DNA of 64,000 nucleotides from an uncultured Desulfomonile sp. (GTDB lineage Bacteria > Desulfobacterota > Desulfomonilia > Desulfomonilales > Desulfomonilaceae): the NCBI GenBank assembly GCA_903896745.1, contig CAITZA010000221.1, forward strand, positions 1,041 to 65,040, given 5' to 3'. The notes beneath the pieces were generated by a model. The model saw only the letters and a list, made by a program, of their open reading frames with translations, made no database searches and was not told the DNA's origin. How positions within the stretch are numbered: the stretch's first letter is position 1; the number at the start of each line of letters is the position of its first letter. This document shows positions 56,209-64,000 of this stretch, one piece after another. The translations under genes and the position numbers were made by a program.

Positions 56209-58089
56209 CTACTGTTTTTTCTGTTCCGAGTCTTCCTTGGGTTCATCAAACCTGAATTTCAGACTGATTACACCGTCTGAGAATTTCTTGTGATTTTTAA
56301 AGGGTAGCTTATCATAAACTTTTAGCATTGGCTGATTGGAAAACAGCACATCAGCCTTAAAACCTTTTATTCCTCTTTCTTTTGCAATTTCAACCAAATA
56401 ATTCAGTAGAAAAGTAGCGATTCCGCGACCTTGGTAATTTTCATCAACCATGAAAGCAGTGTCAGCCAAACCTTCTTCCGGTTCAATCATGTAACGGGCT
56501 TCACCTATTATGCGCCTGTTTTCTCTGGGCCCTATGGTTACCACTATTGATATGCCTTCGTTTTCATTAATATTGCAATATTGCTGCAAGTTCTTGTGAG
56601 GCATGCTTCTTTTGGGACTAAAATAACGAAAATAAACCGAACTCTCCGAAAGATTGTAGAAAAGGTCTCTAATCATGGACTCATCGGTTGGTTTGATCAC
56701 CCTGACATGGCATTCCAACCCCCCTTTAAAAACTTTGTCGGTTCTGATGCGTCGCCTCAAGTCAGGACTAACACTTTTGTAATAGAACTGATCAGCGTAA
56801 AGATACCCCATTTCTCTGGCCGATCTCATTAAATCTTCCCTGTGGTCTGGATGAGATACCTCTATCAGCGCCATTGCCCTTTCTCTTATGGTTCTACCTC
56901 CCAAATAGGCTATACCATATTCCGTTACAATGTAGTTCACCTCGCCTCGGTTAAGTATAACAGCCGCTTTTGGTCCAAACGAGGGAACAATTGTGGAACG
57001 ACCGCTCTTTATGGAAGTTGACCTTAAACATACTATCGAACGCCCCCCGCGTGACAGATTGGCGCCCATCATGAAATCGTGATCGCCACCAGATCCCTCA
57101 AAAGCAGTCCACGTCGGATTACCCTGCCGTATCTGTCCTCTAAGATCAACCTGAAGCGCCAGATTTATTGCCACCACCTTGTCATTGGCCCCAATAAACG
57201 CCGGATTCAGAACCACATCAGAAGGATAAAGTTCTATGAGGGAATTTTCATCAATAAAATCATAAAGCCGTCTTGTTCCCATACAACACGTAGCGAGGGA
57301 TTTACCCCTGTACATTTTTTTGGTGCTATTGTCCACCGCGCCGCATTCTATAAGGTCAACCATCGGATCAGCCAGAATTTCAGTATGGAGTCCAAGGTTT
57401 CTTTTATCTTTTAAATGGTCCATCAATCCTTGGGATATTCCCGCAAACCCAAACTGAAGAATTGATCCGTCTTCAATCAGCTCTCCACAATAGCGGCTTA
57501 TAAGTAATTCCCTCTCTTGAAGCTTTTCTTCCTGGAGTTCGTTCAAATCCTCGTCCGCCTCTACCAGATGATTGATTCTGTCAGCGAGAACAGTGGTGTC
57601 ACCGTTTGTTCGAGGCATCCTTGAATTGACTTGGGCAATCACCAGACGCGCAGATTCAAGCGCAGACATTGTTATATCCACTGATATTCCCAGGCTGAAA
57701 CGGCCAAATCTGTCTGGAGGGGCCACCTGGACAATCGCCACGTCAATGGCTATTCGACGGTTTCGAAAGAAGTTGGGTATCTGAGAATGAAACAAAGGGA
57801 CGTAATCAGCCTCTAGCGGTTGTTCCGTCCCGCCTGTTCTGCCCCCAACAAAAAAACTTTTTATAGTAAATCTGCCGGGAATTTTTGAAGCCAGTTCGGT
57901 TGCCTTAGGCCCTCGTATGAATTGAATGAATTCTACGTCCTCGAGGTATGATTTCCCCAGCGCTTCGATAATCGCCCCGGGTTCACTACAACTACTTCCA
58001 AGATATACTCTATCTCCATTTTTTACATAAGAAGCGGCTTGTTGCGCCGATACAAGTTTGGACGCATACCGCTGGCGCCATGACTGCAT
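56209..58089 (-). CDS. Acetyl-CoA hydrolase/transferase-family protein fused to a C-terminal GNAT acetyltransferase domain
   Basis: The N-terminal 430 aa or so have AcetylCoA_hydro N and C domain character (GDRVYLGSSCSEP, GSGGDHDF). The C-terminus has the GNAT motif QGRGIATFLL. Confidence 0.7.
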   Translation of the reverse strand: MQSWRQRYASKLVSAQQAASYVKNGDRVYLGSSCSEPGAIIEALGKSYLEDVEFIQFIRGPKATELASKIPGRFTIKSFFVGGRTGGTEQPLEADYVPLFHSQIPNFFRNRRIAIDVAIVQVAPPDRFGRFSLGISVDITMSALESARLVIAQVNSRMPRTNGDTTVLADRINHLVEADEDLNELQEEKLQERELLISRYCGELIEDGSILQFGFAGISQGLMDHLKDKRNLGLHTEILADPMVDLIECGAVDNSTKKMYRGKSLATCCMGTRRLYDFIDENSLIELYPSDVVLNPAFIGANDKVVAINLALQVDLRGQIRQGNPTWTAFEGSGGDHDFMMGANLSRGGRSIVCLRSTSIKSGRSTIVPSFGPKAAVILNRGEVNYIVTEYGIAYLGGRTIRERAMALIEVSHPDHREDLMRSAREMGYLYADQFYYKSVSPDLRRRIRTDKVFKGGLECHVRVIKPTDESMIRDLFYNLSESSVYFRYFSPKRSMPHKNLQQYCNINENEGISIVVTIGPRENRRIIGEARYMIEPEEGLADTAFMVDENYQGRGIATFLLNYLVEIAKERGIKGFKADVLFSNQPMLKVYDKLPFKNHKKFSDGVISLKFRFDEPKEDSEQKKQ

Positions 58090-58382
58090 AGTGTGCTCCG
58101 CAAGTTAAAATTGGTTCTTTAAAAAATAAATCTGATGCCTAATTAAGGATTCCAGCTCTATATTTTAATCTAAGTCGTTTATTTTATCACAAAATTATTT
58201 CCCTGATCCGGAATAATCTCAATGTCCGGATAAATGGTTATCGCCTAAAGGTTTGTTTGTTGATATAATCAATCACTTTGTAAAAAACATCAACACGTTC
58301 GCCCGTTGCATCAGTCTCGGGGCAGGTCACGTTTTGGAATGTCCTGTTACAAAAGCACATTCTTGATAATGGAGTACACATA

Positions 58383-59195
58383 ATGGAATCGTCAGAAATC
58401 CAGTCTTTGACCGAAAGAGAATTATGGACGTTGAAAGAGTTCGTTGAGAATACGTTGCGAAAAAGTGGCGCCAGCTTACTTGAGTTGTATGGTCGTGGAA
58501 ATAGGGAACTAAAATTTGATGATGAACTGGTAACCGAGGCAGAGAATACAGCCTGGGAAATAATATCTTCTAAAATTGCCGGCAGCTTTGAAGGGCATGT
58601 TTTTTTGCGTGACCTGAGCGAAGAAGAAATGGATGGCGAGCATGCCCCCAGATTCTTGTGGATAGTGGATACCCTCGATGGGGCCGCGTCTTTTCAGGCC
58701 GGTATGCCGGTGTGGGGCATCAGCGCGGCGTTGTTCGAGAAGTTCTGGCCTGTTTTGGGCTTCCTCTATTTGCCGGTCACCGGAGAGTTATATTCGGCTT
58801 ATGCCGCAAGGGAAGCTTTTCTAAATGATCACAGGATCAAGGTCAGAAAAGACCCGACCATCGACAATGAATCACTTGTATTGGTCTATTCCCGTTTTCA
58901 TAACGATTTCTCCTCCAATTTTCCAGGGAAAATCAGAAATCTCGGGAGCTCAGCCGGTCATCTCGCCTACGTCGCTCGAAGCGCTGCCGACGCTTGTATC
59001 ATGAAAAATGTCACCGTCAGAGATCTGGCTGCCGGAAGCATAATTCTCGAAGCCGCCGGGGGTGAAATCAGATATATGAATGGAAATCGATTTCACGTTG
59101 GAGATATCCTGGACGGTCGCAGAGTTGAAGAACCACTGATTGCGGCCCCAAAGGGATCATGGGAATCTTTCGTCCATCATTTCAAACCGCTCTAA
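58383..59195 (+). CDS. Inositol monophosphatase-family phosphatase
   Basis: WIVDTLDGAASF is a variant of WxxDPIDGT, and RDLAAG is a variant of WDxAAG. Confidence 0.7.
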   Translation: MESSEIQSLTERELWTLKEFVENTLRKSGASLLELYGRGNRELKFDDELVTEAENTAWEIISSKIAGSFEGHVFLRDLSEEEMDGEHAPRFLWIVDTLDGAASFQAGMPVWGISAALFEKFWPVLGFLYLPVTGELYSAYAAREAFLNDHRIKVRKDPTIDNESLVLVYSRFHNDFSSNFPGKIRNLGSSAGHLAYVARSAADACIMKNVTVRDLAAGSIILEAAGGEIRYMNGNRFHVGDILDGRRVEEPLIAAPKGSWESFVHHFKPL

Positions 59196-59357
59196 GCGCT
59201 GTTGTCAAGGGTTTCAGGATCAAATCCAGAAAAACACGCCGGATATTTCCACATCCCTTGGTGATTCGTGGCGTACTGTTTCCCTTGACGATGGGGATTT
59301 TGAAAGTTAATTTAAACATGGACTAGATTAATTTGGAACCGCTGAAAGGAAAAAACC

Positions 59358-60404
59358 ATGAGCGGTTTGGGACCCCGGTCAGAAACAATATTGAACGCTA
59401 TTGTTTCGGAATATATATACTCAGGCGAGCCAGTAGGTTCCAGGACTGTGTCCAGGAAATTCCGTGTAGGCCTTTCAGCCGCCACTATCAGAAATATAAT
59501 GTGTGATCTTACGGAGTTGGGATTTATTGAACAACCACATGTCAGCGCTGGCCGAGTGCCTACCGACTTGGGATACCGTGTCTATGTCGATGGACTTGTA
59601 TCAAACCAAAAACTGAATAGTGATGATGAGGCTTCTATAGCATCGAGCATAAAGACTGCGGGACTCGATGTTCGGGATGTTTTAAGACAGTCTTCCCTCA
59701 TTCTGGCAGAATTATCCAGGCAGGCCGGTGTCTCGATATGCTCTCCCGTGGATGATCAGACCTTCAAGACTATCGAATTTATTAAAATATCAAATGACAG
59801 AATACTGGTGGTTCTTGTTTCAACCACAGGCCTGGTTCAAAACAAGGTTATTTATGACGAGGACAATCTCGATCAGGATTCGCTCGAATCTTACGGACGC
59901 ATGCTGAATGACATGCTCAAAGATCTGGATTTGAGGCAGGCGCGCGAACGTATCGAACACGAGCTATGTCTTGAAAAAACAAGATTCGATTTGATCCTCG
60001 CCAAAACCTTGAGATTGGGTCACATGATCCTTTCTGACAATTCTTTGGGCGAGGTATTTGTAGAGGGCAAAACCAACATTGTCGATGACCCCGAATTTTG
60101 TCAGATTGAAAATCTGAAGGCTGTTCTAATTACATTCGAACATAAAAGCGGACTCTTAAAGATACTGGACAAGACATTACGAGCTCAGGGGGTCCAGATA
60201 TTCATAGGTTCAGAACACGGCCTGGATCAGATAAAGTCGTGTTCGATAGTTGCCTATCCATTGAGGGCTGACAAGGTGGTTCTCGGTTGTGTTGGGGTCC
60301 TTGGCCCAAAGAGGATGGATTACAGTAAGGTGGTGCCAATCGTGGATGCTACCGCCACGGCTATTACAAGAGTGTTCAAGAAATACCTTGAAGGAAGCTC
60401 CTAG
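59358..60404 (+). CDS. hrcA: Heat-inducible transcription repressor HrcA
   Basis: It has ILNAIVSEYIYSGEPVGSRTVSRK (wHTH), and its length and C-terminus are typical of HrcA. Confidence 0.9.
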   Translation: MSGLGPRSETILNAIVSEYIYSGEPVGSRTVSRKFRVGLSAATIRNIMCDLTELGFIEQPHVSAGRVPTDLGYRVYVDGLVSNQKLNSDDEASIASSIKTAGLDVRDVLRQSSLILAELSRQAGVSICSPVDDQTFKTIEFIKISNDRILVVLVSTTGLVQNKVIYDEDNLDQDSLESYGRMLNDMLKDLDLRQARERIEHELCLEKTRFDLILAKTLRLGHMILSDNSLGEVFVEGKTNIVDDPEFCQIENLKAVLITFEHKSGLLKILDKTLRAQGVQIFIGSEHGLDQIKSCSIVAYPLRADKVVLGCVGVLGPKRMDYSKVVPIVDATATAITRVFKKYLEGSS

Positions 60405-60988
60405 GATTTTTCCTCAACAGAAGAGGTGTCCAGTTCTCTAATAATTTCAACTGTTGACATTATCCGAAACAATGGATCGAGAATTATCTTATCATATATT
60501 GAAAGTGTCTTTTCATGAACGGAGTCATCGTAGGATGTTGATCCATCGGATACAATTATTGCCCTGAAATCATTCTGAATACCGTCAAAGGCTGTTAACA
60601 GCACACAAACATTTGTGACAATTCCGCAAACTACTATCGTTTCTATTCCCCAAAGTCTCAAACTCTGATCGAGGTCTGTCTTGTAAAAAGCGCTCATCCT
60701 TCGCTTCTTCAGCACATGATCTGTTGACAGGGGATTCAGCTCGTCAATCGGTAAATCTCCACGGGTCCCCCTGAGCGCATGCGGTTTCATTTTACCCTTA
60801 AAGATAAAATCACCAGGCAAAAAACTGTCACATGCAAATATCACTGGACTCGAAGCTTTTCTGAAACTATCGGCTAACATGTTAATATTGGGTATGATCT
60901 TGGCAGCCTGAATATCAAACTTGCTGTTGCGACCAATGTCCACATTATCCTTTATCATATCAACGATAATAAGGGCGTATGGCTTCAT
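60401..60988 (-). CDS. Isochorismatase-family cysteine hydrolase
   Basis: MKPYALIIVDM (Asp), KRRMSAF (Lys) and GIVTNVCV (Cys) give the catalytic triad context. I verified the ATG at 60988. Confidence 0.75.
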   Translation of the reverse strand: MKPYALIIVDMIKDNVDIGRNSKFDIQAAKIIPNINMLADSFRKASSPVIFACDSFLPGDFIFKGKMKPHALRGTRGDLPIDELNPLSTDHVLKKRRMSAFYKTDLDQSLRLWGIETIVVCGIVTNVCVLLTAFDGIQNDFRAIIVSDGSTSYDDSVHEKTLSIYDKIILDPLFRIMSTVEIIRELDTSSVEEKS

Positions 60989-61041
60989 TTCCAATGCTCC
61001 ATGCCAGTGTGGACCGTTTTGCTTGAGACGCTTCCGAGATT

Positions 61042-61761
61042 TTATTTCAGAGCCGATCCCCATACAGCATAAACAGGATCGCTAGGAATCCCAAGGTGGA
61101 AATATTTGTCATCTTCGGGTCTGGGTTTACCTTTACTCTCAGTATAGCCTTCTATGCTGAATTTCCCGCTCAGTTTGAAAAAATTCTTTACTAAATCCAC
61201 CCTTGCGCTTTCCTTGGTAGATTTCCATATACTAACGGCTTTCGGTGGAAACATCCGATTGGAAAAAACTACGATGAACAAACCCTTTGGCCTCAGAATG
61301 CGGCCAACTTCAGAAAACACTTCTAGGGGCTTGACCATGTAATCAACCGAAACTGTGTTGATTACTGCATCAAAATGATTGTCAGGGAATGGCAGGATTG
61401 GCTCAACATTCAGATCATGAATTATGCGTTCGGTCAGAATGGGATTGGCCTCCAGTTCCAGATTGTTCATCCCCAGACCACAAACGGATAGCGCTTGGAT
61501 TTCCGATCTGAGATGCGAATCGGGTCCTGACATCAAGTCCAGGATTCGGGAGTCCTTAGGGATGAGCCGAAGGTATAACTCTTCAACCGTATTTAGAGCA
61601 GTGGTGTCAAGGTGGTTGACAAATCTTGGCCTAGTATAAAACTCGGGGTCTGGAGACTCATTATCTCGGGTAAAATCCGAGGATTTGTAATAGGATAGAG
61701 TGTTTTGCATCATTTTACAGCGCCTGAGTGAGGCTGGGGGCATTCTGGACGCCCCCATCAA
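61042..61761 (-). CDS. Class I SAM-dependent methyltransferase
   Basis: It has a motif I-like ILDLMSGPDS and HFDAVINTVSVDYM. The start is possibly the internal MMQNTL at 61713. Confidence 0.7.
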   Translation of the reverse strand: MMGASRMPPASLRRCKMMQNTLSYYKSSDFTRDNESPDPEFYTRPRFVNHLDTTALNTVEELYLRLIPKDSRILDLMSGPDSHLRSEIQALSVCGLGMNNLELEANPILTERIIHDLNVEPILPFPDNHFDAVINTVSVDYMVKPLEVFSEVGRILRPKGLFIVVFSNRMFPPKAVSIWKSTKESARVDLVKNFFKLSGKFSIEGYTESKGKPRPEDDKYFHLGIPSDPVYAVWGSALK

Positions 61762-61781
61762 TAAAAATTAATTTTTGTCAA

Positions 61782-62051
61782 TTAGCTCTGCGAACCGCTC
61801 TTACAAACTTGATCTTTTAAAGCGTCGGATGACCATACGGCCATAGGACCACTGGCCCCTCTGGGGTCCATTCTGCACCTGTAGCCGGTCTGTTCTATCC
61901 CCTGATTTTCAAGCGCTGTCCAACTACTTTTGAAATAACAGCATTCGTCATTAAAACAGACATGGTGAATTTCACCGCCCCAACTAGACTCCAGTGGCAT
62001 TTCTATAGGATCCATTTCGGCCCCGCAGTGAGGGCATTTAGATTTTGACAT
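61782..62051 (-). CDS. Small zinc-ribbon protein (89 aa)
   Basis: CPHCG...CFNDECCYF gives four or more Cys in a ribbon arrangement. It lies immediately upstream of the methyltransferase and in the same direction. Confidence 0.5.
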   Translation of the reverse strand: MSKSKCPHCGAEMDPIEMPLESSWGGEIHHVCFNDECCYFKSSWTALENQGIEQTGYRCRMDPRGASGPMAVWSSDALKDQVCKSGSQS

Positions 62052-62156
62052 ATCTGTGAACTCCTTGTTTAATAGTTTGAAAAAGCATTTAGCGCCGATC
62101 TGTTTCTTTCTCTGCTTTCAGGTGTACAACTTGTTTGAAATTCACCCTAAATAAGG

Positions 62157-62172
62157 TTTCGTTCGAACGAAA
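62157..62172. promoter_or_regulatory. 16-bp perfect palindrome in a divergent intergenic region
   Basis: TTTCGTTCGAACGAAA lies between the zinc-ribbon operon and the PAS kinase gene. Confidence 0.3.
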
Positions 62173-62332
62173 GATAGCTTTGATTAAAGTTAAACCCTAA
62201 ACGCCGTTTTCGCAAGTCACACTTCACAAATTGTTCGTGTAAAGTTTGTTTGGTTTGGTTATTCTGGTTTTGTCTGAAGGTAGTCTGACCGCCCGAACCA
62301 TTGTTCACAAATCACTCTCCAACAAAAGTAAT

Positions 62333-63499
62333 ATGGCTGGAAAAATGTCCCTTACAAAACTCGAAAATATTGAAAAAATTATATTGAAAAGTATAAGCGA
62401 AGGAGTAATCACAATTGATTGCGCCGGCAATATAATGTCCGCAAACCCTTCTGCTGAAAAGATATTCGGTGTAAACGCATCGAGTTTTACCTCCAGGCAT
62501 TACAGGTCTTTTTTTGGCGACGACAGAAATCTGGCAATTAGCGTAGTATTGGATCGTTTAGTAACTGATGGATTGGAAACTAGTCATTCGGAGATTGTAT
62601 ATCATCGCAGGGACGGCCAGGAAGTCAGTCTTGCCGTTTCGTCCAGCGCACTTGATCTGGACACCTGCTATGACGGTCTGGAAACTTTTGTTGTGGTTTT
62701 CAGGGACATTTCAGCCTTCAAGGCCCTGGAGAAAGTCCGCAAGAAAGCGGTCAATCACATGGCCCACGAACTAGCCACGCCAGTTTCAGTTATTCAGGCC
62801 ACTGTCAACAGCCTGAAACAGGCCGAGAATTTAAACGAAAAAACCAAAAAATACCTGGACCGAATCGACAGGAATCTGGAGCGCTTAATAAACATCGAGG
62901 CCATAGTCGAGCAAATTCTGTATCCCCCTCATTTCCTGCCTGTCAAATTTGACCTACATGATGTGTTATCAAATATTTTGACCAAAATACAGCATGATTG
63001 CGCCCATAGAAAAATCGAATTCAGAATCCCGCTTGTCGATTTTGTAATAGACAGGACTGATCCCCAAACTTTTGAAATTATTATTGTAACGTTGGTAAAA
63101 AATGCTATCGAGAATACTCCGGATGGAGGTTACGTTGAAATTCGTCTCACCTTTGATAATTCTTTTCCCATCCTTGCGGTAGCAGATCGAGGCGTCGGGA
63201 TTTCCCTGGAGGATCAAAACTTTATTTTTGAGGGATTCCACCACACTCAGGAAACTGATGAATATTCCACAAGAAAACCATACGATTTTAATGCCGGCGG
63301 CAAGGGTCTGGAGTTGTTACGGCTTAAGTCCATTTCAGAAAATCACGGCTTTGATCTATCATTCGATAGCTCACGATGCATACATATTCCCAAGGCTACT
63401 GATCATTGCCCCGGAGATATAGAGAAATGTCAATACGTCAAATCCCGCGAAGAATGTTTTCTCACCGGCGGCTCAACATTTTATGTGAAATTTCTTTAG
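62333..63499 (+). CDS. Cytoplasmic PAS sensor histidine kinase
   Basis: It has a PAS domain (ISEGVITIDCAGNIMSANPSAEKIFG), the H-box MAHELATP, the N-box LVKNAIENT, and DRGVGIS / GGKGLEL. The track ORF starts at a TTG at 62246. Confidence 0.8.
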   Translation: MAGKMSLTKLENIEKIILKSISEGVITIDCAGNIMSANPSAEKIFGVNASSFTSRHYRSFFGDDRNLAISVVLDRLVTDGLETSHSEIVYHRRDGQEVSLAVSSSALDLDTCYDGLETFVVVFRDISAFKALEKVRKKAVNHMAHELATPVSVIQATVNSLKQAENLNEKTKKYLDRIDRNLERLINIEAIVEQILYPPHFLPVKFDLHDVLSNILTKIQHDCAHRKIEFRIPLVDFVIDRTDPQTFEIIIVTLVKNAIENTPDGGYVEIRLTFDNSFPILAVADRGVGISLEDQNFIFEGFHHTQETDEYSTRKPYDFNAGGKGLELLRLKSISENHGFDLSFDSSRCIHIPKATDHCPGDIEKCQYVKSREECFLTGGSTFYVKFL

Positions 63500-63509
63500 G
63501 GGGACAGGA

Positions 63510-64000
63510 ATGGCGACTGAACTGAATGATCGACTAAACAAACTTTTTTGCCCGAAAACGGTTGCTGTCATAGGGGCTGGAGCAGAACCGGATAAGGTTG
63601 GATATGCTATTATGGACAGCCTGGTGACGGGCGGATTCCCCGGAAAAATTTTTCCTGTCCACCCCCGACATGAATCAATTTTGGGTTATCAGGTTTTCAG
63701 GAATTTGAAAGATCTACCTTATGTTCCTGATCTTGCGGTAGTGGCCCTGAATCAGCATTCTTCAGTAGAGACCGTAGCTCAATTAAGCCAGATGGGTGTC
63801 AAAGGGGCTGTTGTGCTAGCTGGAGGTTATGCCGAAATGGGTTCGACCGGAATGTCCTTGCAGCAAAAACTCCGTCTAGCTGCAGGAGATATGCCTGTTA
63901 TCGGGCCAAACACCCTTGGATTCCTGAATGCAAACGCCAAATTGAATGTGACTTTCTACCCCAGAGTTCTAAACCCTGGAAACGTTTCATTTCTGAGTCA
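63510..64000 (+). CDS. ADP-forming acetyl-CoA synthetase / acetate-CoA ligase family protein, N-terminal CoA-binding domain (partial, runs off the right edge)
   Basis: This ORF is not in the track because it is edge-truncated. The ATG at 63510 has a GGGGGA RBS. The translation MATELNDRLNKLFCPKTVAVIGAGAEPDKVGYAIM...VVLAGGYAEMG...PVIGPNTLG fits a succinyl-CoA-synthetase-like CoA-binding fold. Confidence 0.7.
   Translation, partial: MATELNDRLNKLFCPKTVAVIGAGAEPDKVGYAIMDSLVTGGFPGKIFPVHPRHESILGYQVFRNLKDLPYVPDLAVVALNQHSSVETVAQLSQMGVKGAVVLAGGYAEMGSTGMSLQQKLRLAAGDMPVIGPNTLGFLNANAKLNVTFYPRVLNPGNVSFLS

Noticed and set aside
60401-60404. hrcA and the convergent hydrolase gene share the tetranucleotide CTAG as overlapping stop codons
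   Set aside because: The overlap is real in the sequence, but it is a trivial consequence of TAG being contained in a palindrome. No functional implication can be supported.
1-64000. Search for CRISPR arrays, IS elements or transposase remnants, integrases, toxin-antitoxin or known defence genes
   Set aside because: I saw none. There are no regularly spaced direct repeats, no DDE, tyrosine or serine recombinase motifs, and no defence-associated domains. The window looks like core chromosome with metabolic and envelope accessory operons.

Overview
The window reads as an ordinary chromosomal segment of an anaerobic, moderately AT-rich bacterium. The gene content (NarI/DsrM-like plus HdrD/DsrK-like pair, LutB-like protein, MauE/rhodanese/thioredoxin trio, many PAS histidine kinases) points to a Desulfobacterota-type sulfate reducer, but that is an inference. 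I support about 55 CDS. I found no rRNA, tRNA, CRISPR array, IS element or prophage.

Housekeeping blocks:
- def-fmt-htpX-rsmB
- ftsK
- bioA-bioD
- feoA-feoB
- lepA
- cysK-queC
- hrcA

Most notable accessory content:
1. A seven-gene minus-strand operon (3.0-11.0 kb) encodes a three-subunit molybdenum hydroxylase, an enamidase-like amidohydrolase and a 6-hydroxynicotinate-reductase-like Fe-S protein, followed by UPF0280 and DUF1185 genes. This is a nicotinate-type N-heterocycle catabolic module. Its leader carries a periodic TTCGGA/TCCGAA repeat array.
2. A perfect sigma-54 promoter is followed by two tandem intrinsic terminators (about 11.9-12.06 kb). This is a candidate short sRNA with CU-rich, anti-SD-like segments.
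3. Two convergent paralogous polytopic membrane proteins share a GDDWW loop motif. They sit next to a UDP-glucuronate decarboxylase and a flippase-like UPF0104 protein (39.5-45.5 kb), which suggests an uncharacterised envelope glycosylation system.
4. A sensor kinase carries two duplicated 4-Cys PAS modules and a periplasmic CX4CH motif.
5. An unannotated 51-aa Cys-rich tail-anchored ORF lies beside a DtxR/FeoA-domain regulator.
6. A CDP-alcohol phosphatidyltransferase is fused to an unknown extracytoplasmic domain.

All functional calls rest on motif reading and recalled family knowledge. No database search was run.
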